IMG/VR virus record: IMGVR_UViG_3300043464_001630
Location: 62,001 to 126,000 of that record
DNA length: 64,000 nt
Strand: one strand, 5' to 3'
The notes under the pieces are model-generated. The model was not told where the DNA came from and did no database searches. It worked only from the letters and a program-made list of their open reading frames with translations. Positions 9,086 to 17,350 of the stretch are shown here, piece by piece. Both the position numbers and the translations under genes were made by a program. The first letter of the stretch is position 1. Every line of letters starts with the position of its first letter.

Positions 9086-9973
9086 TTAGTATTTACTCAA
9101 TTCGTTCAAATAATTTGAAACGCTACCAAATTTTTCTTCGGTTGTTGCGACTTCTTCGATTGTATCTTCTTCTAATACAACACGATCTTGTTTAATTTGA
9201 CGATGTGTGAAAGCTTCTTCTTTTAAAGTCTGAAGACGTTCTTCTTCTTTCTTATCAAAAAGTGAAAGTGTGTAATCAATGTTCTCCATGATGAACTTAG
9301 GAGACTTACCTTCGAAAACACGTTGTGCATATTCTTTCTTCTTAGGACTTAGCTTAGAAGTCTTTTGTTCGAGAATTAATGCAGCCTTTGCCTTGGCAAG
9401 TGTTTCACGAAGTGTTGATACTTCTGATTTGGCTTCTTCTGCAACTTTACGTGATTCGGTGATTTGAGTTTTGCCGTCTAGAATAGCTTCTTTTAATGAG
9501 TCGTTCATTAATGCAGAATCAATTGCGAGACTTTCGCGAAGATTGTTTAGAATGATACGAGCTTTCTTGTTTTGAACGGCTTCTTCGATAGCTTTCTTTG
9601 GAATTTTGCTTTCGATAAATACGTCGATATAATCAGAAACTTTTCCTACCAAGTCAGACTTGAATTGTTTAGCTTGTTCGCTGATAACAGATTGATACTT
9701 ATTAACTACTGCTTTTAGTTTAGCGGTGTTATTAACGTCTAGTGCTTCTACAACTTTTTGTAATTTCTTGCTATGATCAGCATCGATAGCTTCTAAGAGT
9801 TGTTGTGCTTTTTCTGTATATTCAGAATCTTGTTCAGTTAGAGCTTTTTCTACGTGAATCTTTACTCGTTCATTAACAGCACTATCAAATGCTTCTTGAA
9901 TTTGGCCGAGTGTTTCGTCTGTTAAAATTCCTTGGGTAGCTTCTTTTAGAAGTTTTGTAATTTCAGTTGCCAT
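9086..9973 (-). CDS. gp22: Prohead core scaffold protein
   Basis: Glu/Lys-rich coiled coil, FDSAVNERVK, VSDYIDVFIE, position directly upstream of gp23. Confidence 0.9.
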   Translation of the reverse strand: MATEITKLLKEATQGILTDETLGQIQEAFDSAVNERVKIHVEKALTEQDSEYTEKAQQLLEAIDADHSKKLQKVVEALDVNNTAKLKAVVNKYQSVISEQAKQFKSDLVGKVSDYIDVFIESKIPKKAIEEAVQNKKARIILNNLRESLAIDSALMNDSLKEAILDGKTQITESRKVAEEAKSEVSTLRETLAKAKAALILEQKTSKLSPKKKEYAQRVFEGKSPKFIMENIDYTLSLFDKKEEERLQTLKEEAFTHRQIKQDRVVLEEDTIEEVATTEEKFGSVSNYLNELSKY

Positions 9974-10014
9974 AATATTAGTTAGTCTTTTTTATTTATT
10001 TTTATTGAGAAATA

Positions 10015-10653
10015 TTAAAAATCTTCAGGAATGTTTGGGGGAACGTCTAGATGTTCTTTGGTATCAAACTGCATTTGATCTTCGAACCTTTGTTCGAGTT
10101 TTCCCAATTCTCTATATAACTCTTTGAAATTTTCTTCGTGTTCGATTTCGCCTTGTTGATGAGCAATTTTAATTGCTTTTCCGATTTCAGATTTAAGACC
10201 TCCGATATCTTCGATTCTAATTTTTCCGCTAGAACTTACTCCATACATATGTGAGCGTTGACCACCGTGATAATGTTGTAAATCAAACAAAGCAGAAGCA
10301 GCTCCGCTTCCATCAGAAACATAATCATGAAGATCAATCAAAGATGATTCTGACAAACCTTCTTTAACTAATTTTTTTTTAGATTTTGCTTTAGGAAATT
10401 TTCCCTTACCAAATGCGCTTTTATCTGCGGCGGCTTTTTCACCTTTTTCGTTTCGAGCTTTCTTTTTGAATGGCTTGAAACCTTTCTTTTTATCTTCTTT
10501 GGTCTTTTTAAATGGATTAACTTTTGCTGCTTCTGAGATTGTAATTTTAATTTTTTGATTAATTACATTTTCTAGAAATTTATGAGCAGTACTAAAGTCA
10601 TCAATAATTAAAGAATCGACAAATTTTACAATATTTTGTTCTACGATATTCAT
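10015..10653 (-). CDS. Prohead core protein, gp67-like N-terminus with basic linker and C-terminal extension
   Basis: N-terminal FVDSLIIDDFSTAHKFLENVINQKI helix recalls gp67; lies between gp21 and gp22. Confidence 0.55.
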   Translation of the reverse strand: MNIVEQNIVKFVDSLIIDDFSTAHKFLENVINQKIKITISEAAKVNPFKKTKEDKKKGFKPFKKKARNEKGEKAAADKSAFGKGKFPKAKSKKKLVKEGLSESSLIDLHDYVSDGSGAASALFDLQHYHGGQRSHMYGVSSSGKIRIEDIGGLKSEIGKAIKIAHQQGEIEHEENFKELYRELGKLEQRFEDQMQFDTKEHLDVPPNIPEDF

Positions 10654-10661
10654 ATTTTTAT

Positions 10662-11333
10662 TTAGCTTAATTTAATTTTATTTAAAAAATTAATGATGGA
10701 TTCTTTTAAATATTCTTCTACTTTCTTTTTTGGTAGATTAGAAATGCTACGTTCGAAGTCATCATATATTTCTTCAAAAGATCCAGATTCTCCCAGAACC
10801 CATGCTTTGGATTCTAGAATTCCGTTTACGAATGCTTTTGGAAAACTTGGGTCGGCTACACAATCAATAGAAATAAGACGTAGATCTTTTACTACATTTT
10901 TACCACCAGCGGCTTCTTCTAGTTGTCCTAGTGCTCTGGAACTCATGCCCACTCGAACTCCGTCATTTACTAGTGCTCTTACGATATGTCCGCAAGGTGT
11001 AGTTAGTACTTTGCTTTTTCCGTGGAAAATATTACCGTCTTGATAAAGTTCAGTTACGATATGACAAGCTTTGTCGAGACTAACTTCTGCGCTACTTTCG
11101 TGGTTTAAAGTTCCCATCGAACGGTTGGTACGAATCATCTCTTCTTTATAACGATTAACTTCTTTAACCATTTCGTCTAATTTGTACAAACGATTGTTGC
11201 GGTTGTAATTTTCCGCCATCATGTAAGGCCCTTTAATAAACAGGGTAGATGGACTCTTTCTATCTTTTTCCTCAAAGATATACTCAAACTGTTCGTCTGG
11301 TGCAGGTTTTTCTACAATTAATCGTAGTGACAT
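10662..11333 (-). CDS. gp21: Prohead protease
   Basis: YMMAENYNRNNRLY, GTLNH, VGMSSRALG, IDCVADPSFPKAFVNGILE. Confidence 0.97.
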   Translation of the reverse strand: MSLRLIVEKPAPDEQFEYIFEEKDRKSPSTLFIKGPYMMAENYNRNNRLYKLDEMVKEVNRYKEEMIRTNRSMGTLNHESSAEVSLDKACHIVTELYQDGNIFHGKSKVLTTPCGHIVRALVNDGVRVGMSSRALGQLEEAAGGKNVVKDLRLISIDCVADPSFPKAFVNGILESKAWVLGESGSFEEIYDDFERSISNLPKKKVEEYLKESIINFLNKIKLS

Positions 11334-11383
11334 AAAACTATTTAGAGTAATTAATTATTTTTTCAGATATATTTAACCAAAAA

Positions 11384-11391
11384 TATAAATA
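11384..11391 (+). promoter_or_regulatory. T4-type late promoter TATAAATA
   Basis: Exact consensus 5 nt before ATG 11397; divergent from the gp21 motif at 11339-11344. Confidence 0.8.
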
Positions 11392-11396
11392 ATCGT

Positions 11397-12422
11397 ATGA
11401 CTACAGATTCAGTAGAAATTTTTGAAAATTATTTAAAATCGTTAAACGAAGCACGAGCACCAAAAGGTACTCCTCGTCCAGATGTTATTGGAAGCAAAAT
11501 GCACATTCAAAAAACTACAATGGCGAGTAATCCAGACGCCGCAGAATCACAAGGAGCTACTATTGGTAGAAATACTGCACTAACTCCAACGCAATCAGAT
11601 AGAATTCGTGATAGAAACTTCGAAGAATATATGATGGATGATATGGAAGAAGGTTTATATCTTCAATTAACTGGAGAAGGATCTAGAGTTCCGAGAAATT
11701 CGCAAAAAAATTTAATGAAATTAATGCGTGAATATTCAAATAACAAATACTTTCAAACCCAAGTAGATGGCGATTTAGTAATTCCTTATTGGATAGTTCC
11801 AGAATGTATTCAATATTTCACAATGAATGCAAAGTCTGAAAAAGATCAGAATATCAAACAAGCATATATAGATGCACTCATATTTATGTACGAAGCCATG
11901 AGTGATAAAAGTACATACGAAGATGTGTATAGAAATTCCAAACCTGTATTAAGAATTAAAACAGAAGGAGGAACAAGAGAAGTATCAGATTTGAAAGATA
12001 CATATGAAGAATTCTCTCCTAAAATAATCGGAAGAATTAAAACATTAAAATCTAACCCAGCTATGGGATTAGCATTAAAGACATTTCTACTTCCAAATCA
12101 AACAAAACCAAGAGAACAAATAAAATTCGGATCTGACATTTATAGAGATGCTCCGTTCGTACACGATCCCGAAACAGGTCGTCATGGTATTCACGGAAAA
12201 GGTGAACACGAACCTAAAAATAAATATGATGCGACAGATCCAACATACGGAGTAAGCAGTGCTGAAAATCTCAGAGATAGTGATTTCGAAAAGATTCGCA
12301 TAAAAAACAAAGAACAAAGAGAAAGTACTCCGACTCCAGCAAGATCATTAGGAGCGCCAAAAGTTAAAAAATCTAGAAAAAAAGTTAACGAATCCTTTTT
12401 TATTAAAGTTATTCCATTCTAA
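11397..12422 (+). CDS. Hypothetical late protein with N-terminal IFENY..LNEA signature
   Basis: 341-aa ORF with its own late promoter. Confidence 0.75.
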   Translation: MTTDSVEIFENYLKSLNEARAPKGTPRPDVIGSKMHIQKTTMASNPDAAESQGATIGRNTALTPTQSDRIRDRNFEEYMMDDMEEGLYLQLTGEGSRVPRNSQKNLMKLMREYSNNKYFQTQVDGDLVIPYWIVPECIQYFTMNAKSEKDQNIKQAYIDALIFMYEAMSDKSTYEDVYRNSKPVLRIKTEGGTREVSDLKDTYEEFSPKIIGRIKTLKSNPAMGLALKTFLLPNQTKPREQIKFGSDIYRDAPFVHDPETGRHGIHGKGEHEPKNKYDATDPTYGVSSAENLRDSDFEKIRIKNKEQRESTPTPARSLGAPKVKKSRKKVNESFFIKVIPF

Positions 12423-12889
12423 ACAAAAATCTCAGACAGAAAACTTTCCCACTTTTCGTGGTGCTCTGCTATGTCTTCTTGATTGTTTTTTATGAACAAG
12501 GTTTTAGATAAACCTCTATAAAAATCAGAAGAAGGTGCTCCTCTTTTTGCTCTGCGCTCCATTGCAGCTCTGAAGAAAGATAATGCTACCAGAGTTTTTT
12601 CGGCTAGAATAAATCCTCTATCATCTAGTACATACGGAAGTGGATCTTTTCTCTTTAATCCATTATATACAATAATTGCTACTTGATGGCATTCTTCTTT
12701 GTTTTCTGCAAAAGTAGCAGTCATACACAGAAAAGTTAAAACATCTAATGGTTTGGAAGATAAGAATGTTTCGCTTTTCTCTAAAATTTTAGTTCCGAAA
12801 GCAAAATAGAGTTGTTTTGGATCTTCGGAATACAATACTTTGATTATCTTGGCCGATTTATCATCGTATAACTCATCAATTAAGCTCAC
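12419..12889 (-). CDS. Hypothetical helical protein
   Basis: GTG start with TAAATA-N5. Confidence 0.7.
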   Translation of the reverse strand: MSLIDELYDDKSAKIIKVLYSEDPKQLYFAFGTKILEKSETFLSSKPLDVLTFLCMTATFAENKEECHQVAIIVYNGLKRKDPLPYVLDDRGFILAEKTLVALSFFRAAMERRAKRGAPSSDFYRGLSKTLFIKNNQEDIAEHHEKWESFLSEIFV

Positions 12890-12897
12890 TATATTAT

Positions 12898-13356
12898 TTA
12901 ACTTGGAAAGAGTTCTTTTTCGGTTAATATTATAAACTCTGCTCCTCTATCTTTTGCATACTTTTTAGCGGCTTCCCATTTAGCTTGGTTAACCGCCCAT
13001 TGTGTGTTTTCATACAATACCGTAGCTTTCTTTTTCTTTTTAGAAGGAACTGGAGCCAAAGTTTGTTTGTATGGCTTTATTTCTATGAGATATTTCTTAA
13101 TTTTATCTCCTTCTTTTAAGACTATGTAATTGTCTACAAAATATCGGTGTATTCTGTTGTCTATTGGACTTCTATAATTTACTACGATATTCTCAGATCC
13201 CCACTCAATAACATTAGGGTTGGAATCTGCCCATAAAAGAAACTTTCGTTCATAAGAAGATCTGAAGACTGCATATTCTCCCATGAACTTTTGGGGATTT
13301 TTAGGTTTAAAATAACCTTGTTTAAATCGTTCATCTTTTTTTCCTAATGGAAGCAC
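12898..13356 (-). CDS. gp4: Head completion nuclease (TnsA-like)
   Basis: FRSSYERKFLLWADSNPNVIEWGSE...HRYFVD...LIEIKP...NQAKWEAA...ILTEKEL; GTG start with TAAATA-N5. Confidence 0.95.
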   Translation of the reverse strand: MLPLGKKDERFKQGYFKPKNPQKFMGEYAVFRSSYERKFLLWADSNPNVIEWGSENIVVNYRSPIDNRIHRYFVDNYIVLKEGDKIKKYLIEIKPYKQTLAPVPSKKKKKATVLYENTQWAVNQAKWEAAKKYAKDRGAEFIILTEKELFPS

Positions 13357-13364
13357 GTTATTAT

Positions 13365-15521
13365 TTAACTTTTCAATAATAAACTTCTGATTAAATTGTA
13401 AATCACAGAATCATTTAATTTTTCCTTTTGTTCCGTAGGTTCTACTATTTCTAAATTTTGTAGATCAATTCCAGATATATATTTTATCAAATTTCTGCTA
13501 ATCGTAATTTTTTGTAACTTGCTAGAATAAATAACTGCATAATCTCCTTTAAGTTCTTGTAACTTTGGTAAATAAATAATATTTGCGTTATGAGCACGGA
13601 TATAACCGCTCTCTTTTAATTGTGGTAATTCTATTTTAGCAGCTTTTTCACAATCAATATCACCACTTTCTTTTAATTGTGTTAAATGTAATGAACGTAC
13701 CGAATTCGCAGAAATTTTACCACTTTTTACTAATTCTGGTAATGATAAAGTCTGTGTTAAACTAGCATATATAGCCCCACTCTGGATTAATTCGGGTAAT
13801 GATAAATTTAATGTTCTTCGGCAGAAAATAGATTTACAATATTTTAATTTTGGTAACGATAAATTTCGTATTTCTTCAAAAAGAATATTTTCACTTTTTT
13901 CTAATTGTGGTAATGTTATTGTTATGGCTTTTTCGCATCCAATATCACCACTTTCTTTTAATTGTGGTAAGTCCAAATTTGTCGCTAAATGTGCAGTTAT
14001 ATTACCGCTCTTTTTTAAGAATGGTAAAGATACAACTGTTGCGTATTCGAAATTCATATCTCCGCATTCTAACAAATTAAATGGAAATAATACATATTTA
14101 AGAGGCCATACAAATCTATCTAAAATAACCACCCCATTTTCATTTATTTGATGTTTTCGATTATTTAAAAAATCTTGAACAATTTTATTTATATTTTTAT
14201 TAAATTTTGGATCATCTTTCTTTAAACTTAAAAACCACATGGTGCTACCAAAATTTTCCAAAAAACTATTTGAAAAATTTTCCACATCTTTCAAAGCATA
14301 TAATTGATTTGGCGTAAAATCCAGTCCATCTTCATAATCATAGTCGTCAGGAGTCCATTCCGATACTTCAAGTTCCACTCTTCTTTTTACATTTTGTAAA
14401 TATTGTTTATGTAATCTAGGCTTTCCTTCGAAAACATAATCAGGAATATCATATTTTTCCGTAACATAAATAGCCTTTTCCAAAATCTTATTCCATTCTT
14501 CTTTTGGAATTCCATTCCATTCTTCTGGTTTTATATCTTTAAATGATGCAAACGTCACTCGATCTTCCGTATTTTTAAGTTCTAAGATACTTTCTAAATC
14601 ATAAAATTTTTGATAGAATTCCAATTCTCTGCCTCTAATTCGAACATAATTGAATACATTATTTTCAAAAGGTTCTGTCAATTCTGGGTAAAGTTTCAAT
14701 AATTCTTCTTTAGAAATACTAATATCCTCATTTTTTGTCATCGGATTGTACTCTAATTCTCCATCTTCATCTACATCAACCAACATATAGCGTCCTCTTT
14801 TTTTGAGATAACAGAAATATGTAGTTAACTTGTCATTCCATCTATAATCGTGATAATGATAACTAGCATTTGACCCAGAAATACACAGATTTGTTCCTTT
14901 TCCAAATTCTTTACATCTTTTGACTCCATTAATCGGATTTTCCGTATCATTAGCCAAATACACCGCAACATCATCATTTTCGAACAATGCTTGTTCTGTT
15001 TGAGTTTTTTTAATTTCTTGTGGTTTATGTTTTTCCTTACCAGCCAAGGAATGCACAATATCCATCCATTTTGGGATACCTTTTTGAAAAAGATTAGAAA
15101 ATTGAGGGTTGTTCAGTAATTCCTCTTTCTTATCTAAACTATCTTTGTAATCATGTAGAAGAACTGGTAATGCTCTATTATATAAATTTTTATTAATCTT
15201 GGATTCATCTCCATTAATCTGATTAACATATTGTTGTGTACCAGACATCATAAGCAAAGAATTGATCAAGCTCATTAAATCTTTACCTTCAAATAATTCC
15301 CCGCCTTTTTGTTTTTGTATTTGTAAAATCTGATTTATTATATCAGTAGCTATCGAATCTGCTTCGTTTTTTAAATTTGGATTAGATTCATAAAGAGAAG
15401 ATCCAGTAATAAATTTAGCCAATAATTCTTCAGGATCATCAGATTTTATAACATCTTTAGCTTCTAATAAAATTCTATTATAATATATATCAAATATACT
15501 ATTTTCGTCATTCATCAACAT
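13365..15521 (-). CDS. Large late protein with C-terminal 19-aa leucine-rich repeats
   Basis: Eight consecutive 19-aa LPxLxxSGxIxxxxxxxLx units; central CKEFGKGTNLCIS...YFCY domain; N-terminal RILLEA. Confidence 0.75.
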   Translation of the reverse strand: MLMNDENSIFDIYYNRILLEAKDVIKSDDPEELLAKFITGSSLYESNPNLKNEADSIATDIINQILQIQKQKGGELFEGKDLMSLINSLLMMSGTQQYVNQINGDESKINKNLYNRALPVLLHDYKDSLDKKEELLNNPQFSNLFQKGIPKWMDIVHSLAGKEKHKPQEIKKTQTEQALFENDDVAVYLANDTENPINGVKRCKEFGKGTNLCISGSNASYHYHDYRWNDKLTTYFCYLKKRGRYMLVDVDEDGELEYNPMTKNEDISISKEELLKLYPELTEPFENNVFNYVRIRGRELEFYQKFYDLESILELKNTEDRVTFASFKDIKPEEWNGIPKEEWNKILEKAIYVTEKYDIPDYVFEGKPRLHKQYLQNVKRRVELEVSEWTPDDYDYEDGLDFTPNQLYALKDVENFSNSFLENFGSTMWFLSLKKDDPKFNKNINKIVQDFLNNRKHQINENGVVILDRFVWPLKYVLFPFNLLECGDMNFEYATVVSLPFLKKSGNITAHLATNLDLPQLKESGDIGCEKAITITLPQLEKSENILFEEIRNLSLPKLKYCKSIFCRRTLNLSLPELIQSGAIYASLTQTLSLPELVKSGKISANSVRSLHLTQLKESGDIDCEKAAKIELPQLKESGYIRAHNANIIYLPKLQELKGDYAVIYSSKLQKITISRNLIKYISGIDLQNLEIVEPTEQKEKLNDSVIYNLIRSLLLKS

Positions 15522-15533
15522 ATTTTTATTTAC

Positions 15534-16091
15534 CTACTTTCTAAAAAAGAACCCTATTATGGAGCTTCCAATACTTAGAAACTTAGTAGGAAAAAAGTAA
15601 AACAAAGCTCCTAAAGAAGAAAGTATGATTCCAAGTATTGCATATAGCTTTATGGTTTTCTTTCTTTCGTAATCTTTAATTGTCTTTGCTTCTATATTAT
15701 CAGTAACTATTTCAGCTACTAATTCTTCGTTCTTTTCTTCTAGAACTTCGATATCTGATAAGTCTTTTTTACTTTCGTTGAACACTTCTTCTATAGCTTT
15801 ATCTTGTTCTTCTGTAGATAAATCTTTATATTCCGAACCGTCGTCTACTTTTGCTCCTAGTAGAGTTTGACTTTTTTCTATAATATCAATAGCTCTTTTA
15901 ATTTCAGACTTTTTTAAATCTTTTTTGTTTAAAATGTTTTTAGCAGTTGCTATGAAATCTTTGGCATCTTCTTGAAGCTTTTGTTGCTTCGTGTCGATTT
16001 CTTTTTGATATTTTGTACGACTTGCTGTGGGTGTTGAACATCCAGAAATCAATAAACAAAGTATTAATAAATATTTGTATAAAGTTTTCAT
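15534..16091 (-). CDS. Lipoprotein with coiled coil and C-terminal transmembrane segment (spanin-like)
   Basis: MKTLYKYLLILCLLISG|C lipobox; charged helical middle; hydrophobic C-terminus LYAILGIILSSLGALFYFF. Confidence 0.65.
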   Translation of the reverse strand: MKTLYKYLLILCLLISGCSTPTASRTKYQKEIDTKQQKLQEDAKDFIATAKNILNKKDLKKSEIKRAIDIIEKSQTLLGAKVDDGSEYKDLSTEEQDKAIEEVFNESKKDLSDIEVLEEKNEELVAEIVTDNIEAKTIKDYERKKTIKLYAILGIILSSLGALFYFFPTKFLSIGSSIIGFFFRK

Positions 16092-16118
16092 AAGTAATTG
16101 ATAATAAGTAAATTATGT

Positions 16119-17294
16119 CTACGAAATCATAAAAATCGCAGGTGAACTGTCGCCGAACGCCGCCGCGTTAGTAAACAATTGTGTTTCTAACTTCTCTTTT
16201 TCAGTTAAACCTTGTTGCATTAAATCATTTGTAAATACTTGTCCTCCGAATAGATTCACTCCGCTAAATTTACCTCTAACATTACCTATCATTATTTTTG
16301 ATAGAGCTAATGCATATTGATATACCCACATTTCTTTTATTAAATCGCGTATCGGGCGTTCTACATAACAATAGATAACTCCGTAAAATCTGACCGAATC
16401 TGAAGGTTCTGGATATATTCTTAATATTTGAGTTCTGTCATCAAATTCAAAAGATCTTTTAGTTGCTAAAACCTTTTCACGAGTATCTAGCCATTGCTTT
16501 ACAGTATACCAACTAACAAGATCAAATCCATAGTTACCCATTGCATAACTAAAATAAGTTTGTTGTGCTAAAGTCTGTTCAATAGTGAAAAGAGTATTAA
16601 TACCAGTAGATGCTCCTTCTTGGAAATCGGTAACTGCTATTACTTTTCTATAATCCATTGCATCATAATCAAACATGTTGTTATAAATTACTGTAGGTTG
16701 ATTTTCGTCTACAGTTCCTTGCATACTTATAGTCTGGCTATATGATGGTATGAAATAAGTTGAAATTGGTATTACATTTAATGTAGGATCAGCCGCAAAT
16801 GCGGTGACTACTTGATTGTAAGTAGAATAATCCAAAATAACATTTCTTTCTAATCCATCTACGAATAATCCAGATAATTCAGAATTAATGGAAAAGAATG
16901 CTTTATTAAGAGCAGAAGCTGATATATAAAAAGTATCTTCGTTCTTTATGTAAGGAGCAGTATCTCTAGATTGTGTACGATGTGCTACTTTGTTTTGTGG
17001 AGAAATATTGCCATTTGCTAACGTAAATAACTTATCAATTGGCAATCCTCTTCCTCTTTCATATAAACTAGAATCTATTACTAGATATTCTTGGGTATAC
17101 CCAGCATATTTAGAGAAAAATTCACATGCTTGCGAAATAGCATCAAATAGTTGGTCTCTGCTAATTTCAACAGAAACCAATGGTGCTCCCAGAGTTCTTA
17201 CGATTCTTTGTGCCAACTTATCAAAAGAATCCATTTTATTATTCAGATTGGTATTCTGAAAAGCCGAAACTGGCGTTAAATTTCCACAAGACAT
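16119..17294 (-). CDS. gp13: Neck protein
   Basis: LGAPLVSVEISRDQLFDAISQACEFF and WVYQYALALSKIMIGNVRGKFSGVNLFGG. Confidence 0.93.
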   Translation of the reverse strand: MSCGNLTPVSAFQNTNLNNKMDSFDKLAQRIVRTLGAPLVSVEISRDQLFDAISQACEFFSKYAGYTQEYLVIDSSLYERGRGLPIDKLFTLANGNISPQNKVAHRTQSRDTAPYIKNEDTFYISASALNKAFFSINSELSGLFVDGLERNVILDYSTYNQVVTAFAADPTLNVIPISTYFIPSYSQTISMQGTVDENQPTVIYNNMFDYDAMDYRKVIAVTDFQEGASTGINTLFTIEQTLAQQTYFSYAMGNYGFDLVSWYTVKQWLDTREKVLATKRSFEFDDRTQILRIYPEPSDSVRFYGVIYCYVERPIRDLIKEMWVYQYALALSKIMIGNVRGKFSGVNLFGGQVFTNDLMQQGLTEKEKLETQLFTNAAAFGDSSPAIFMIS

Positions 17295-17307
17295 ATAATT
17301 ATTTAAT

Positions 17308-17342
17308 GAAAACGCCTATCATTTTTGGTGATAGGCGTTTTC
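17308..17342 (-). terminator. Hairpin/terminator after the portal gene
   Basis: 14-bp perfect inverted repeat GAAAACGCCTATCA / TGATAGGCGTTTTC with a 7-nt loop. Confidence 0.75.
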
Positions 17343-17350
17343 TAATTATT

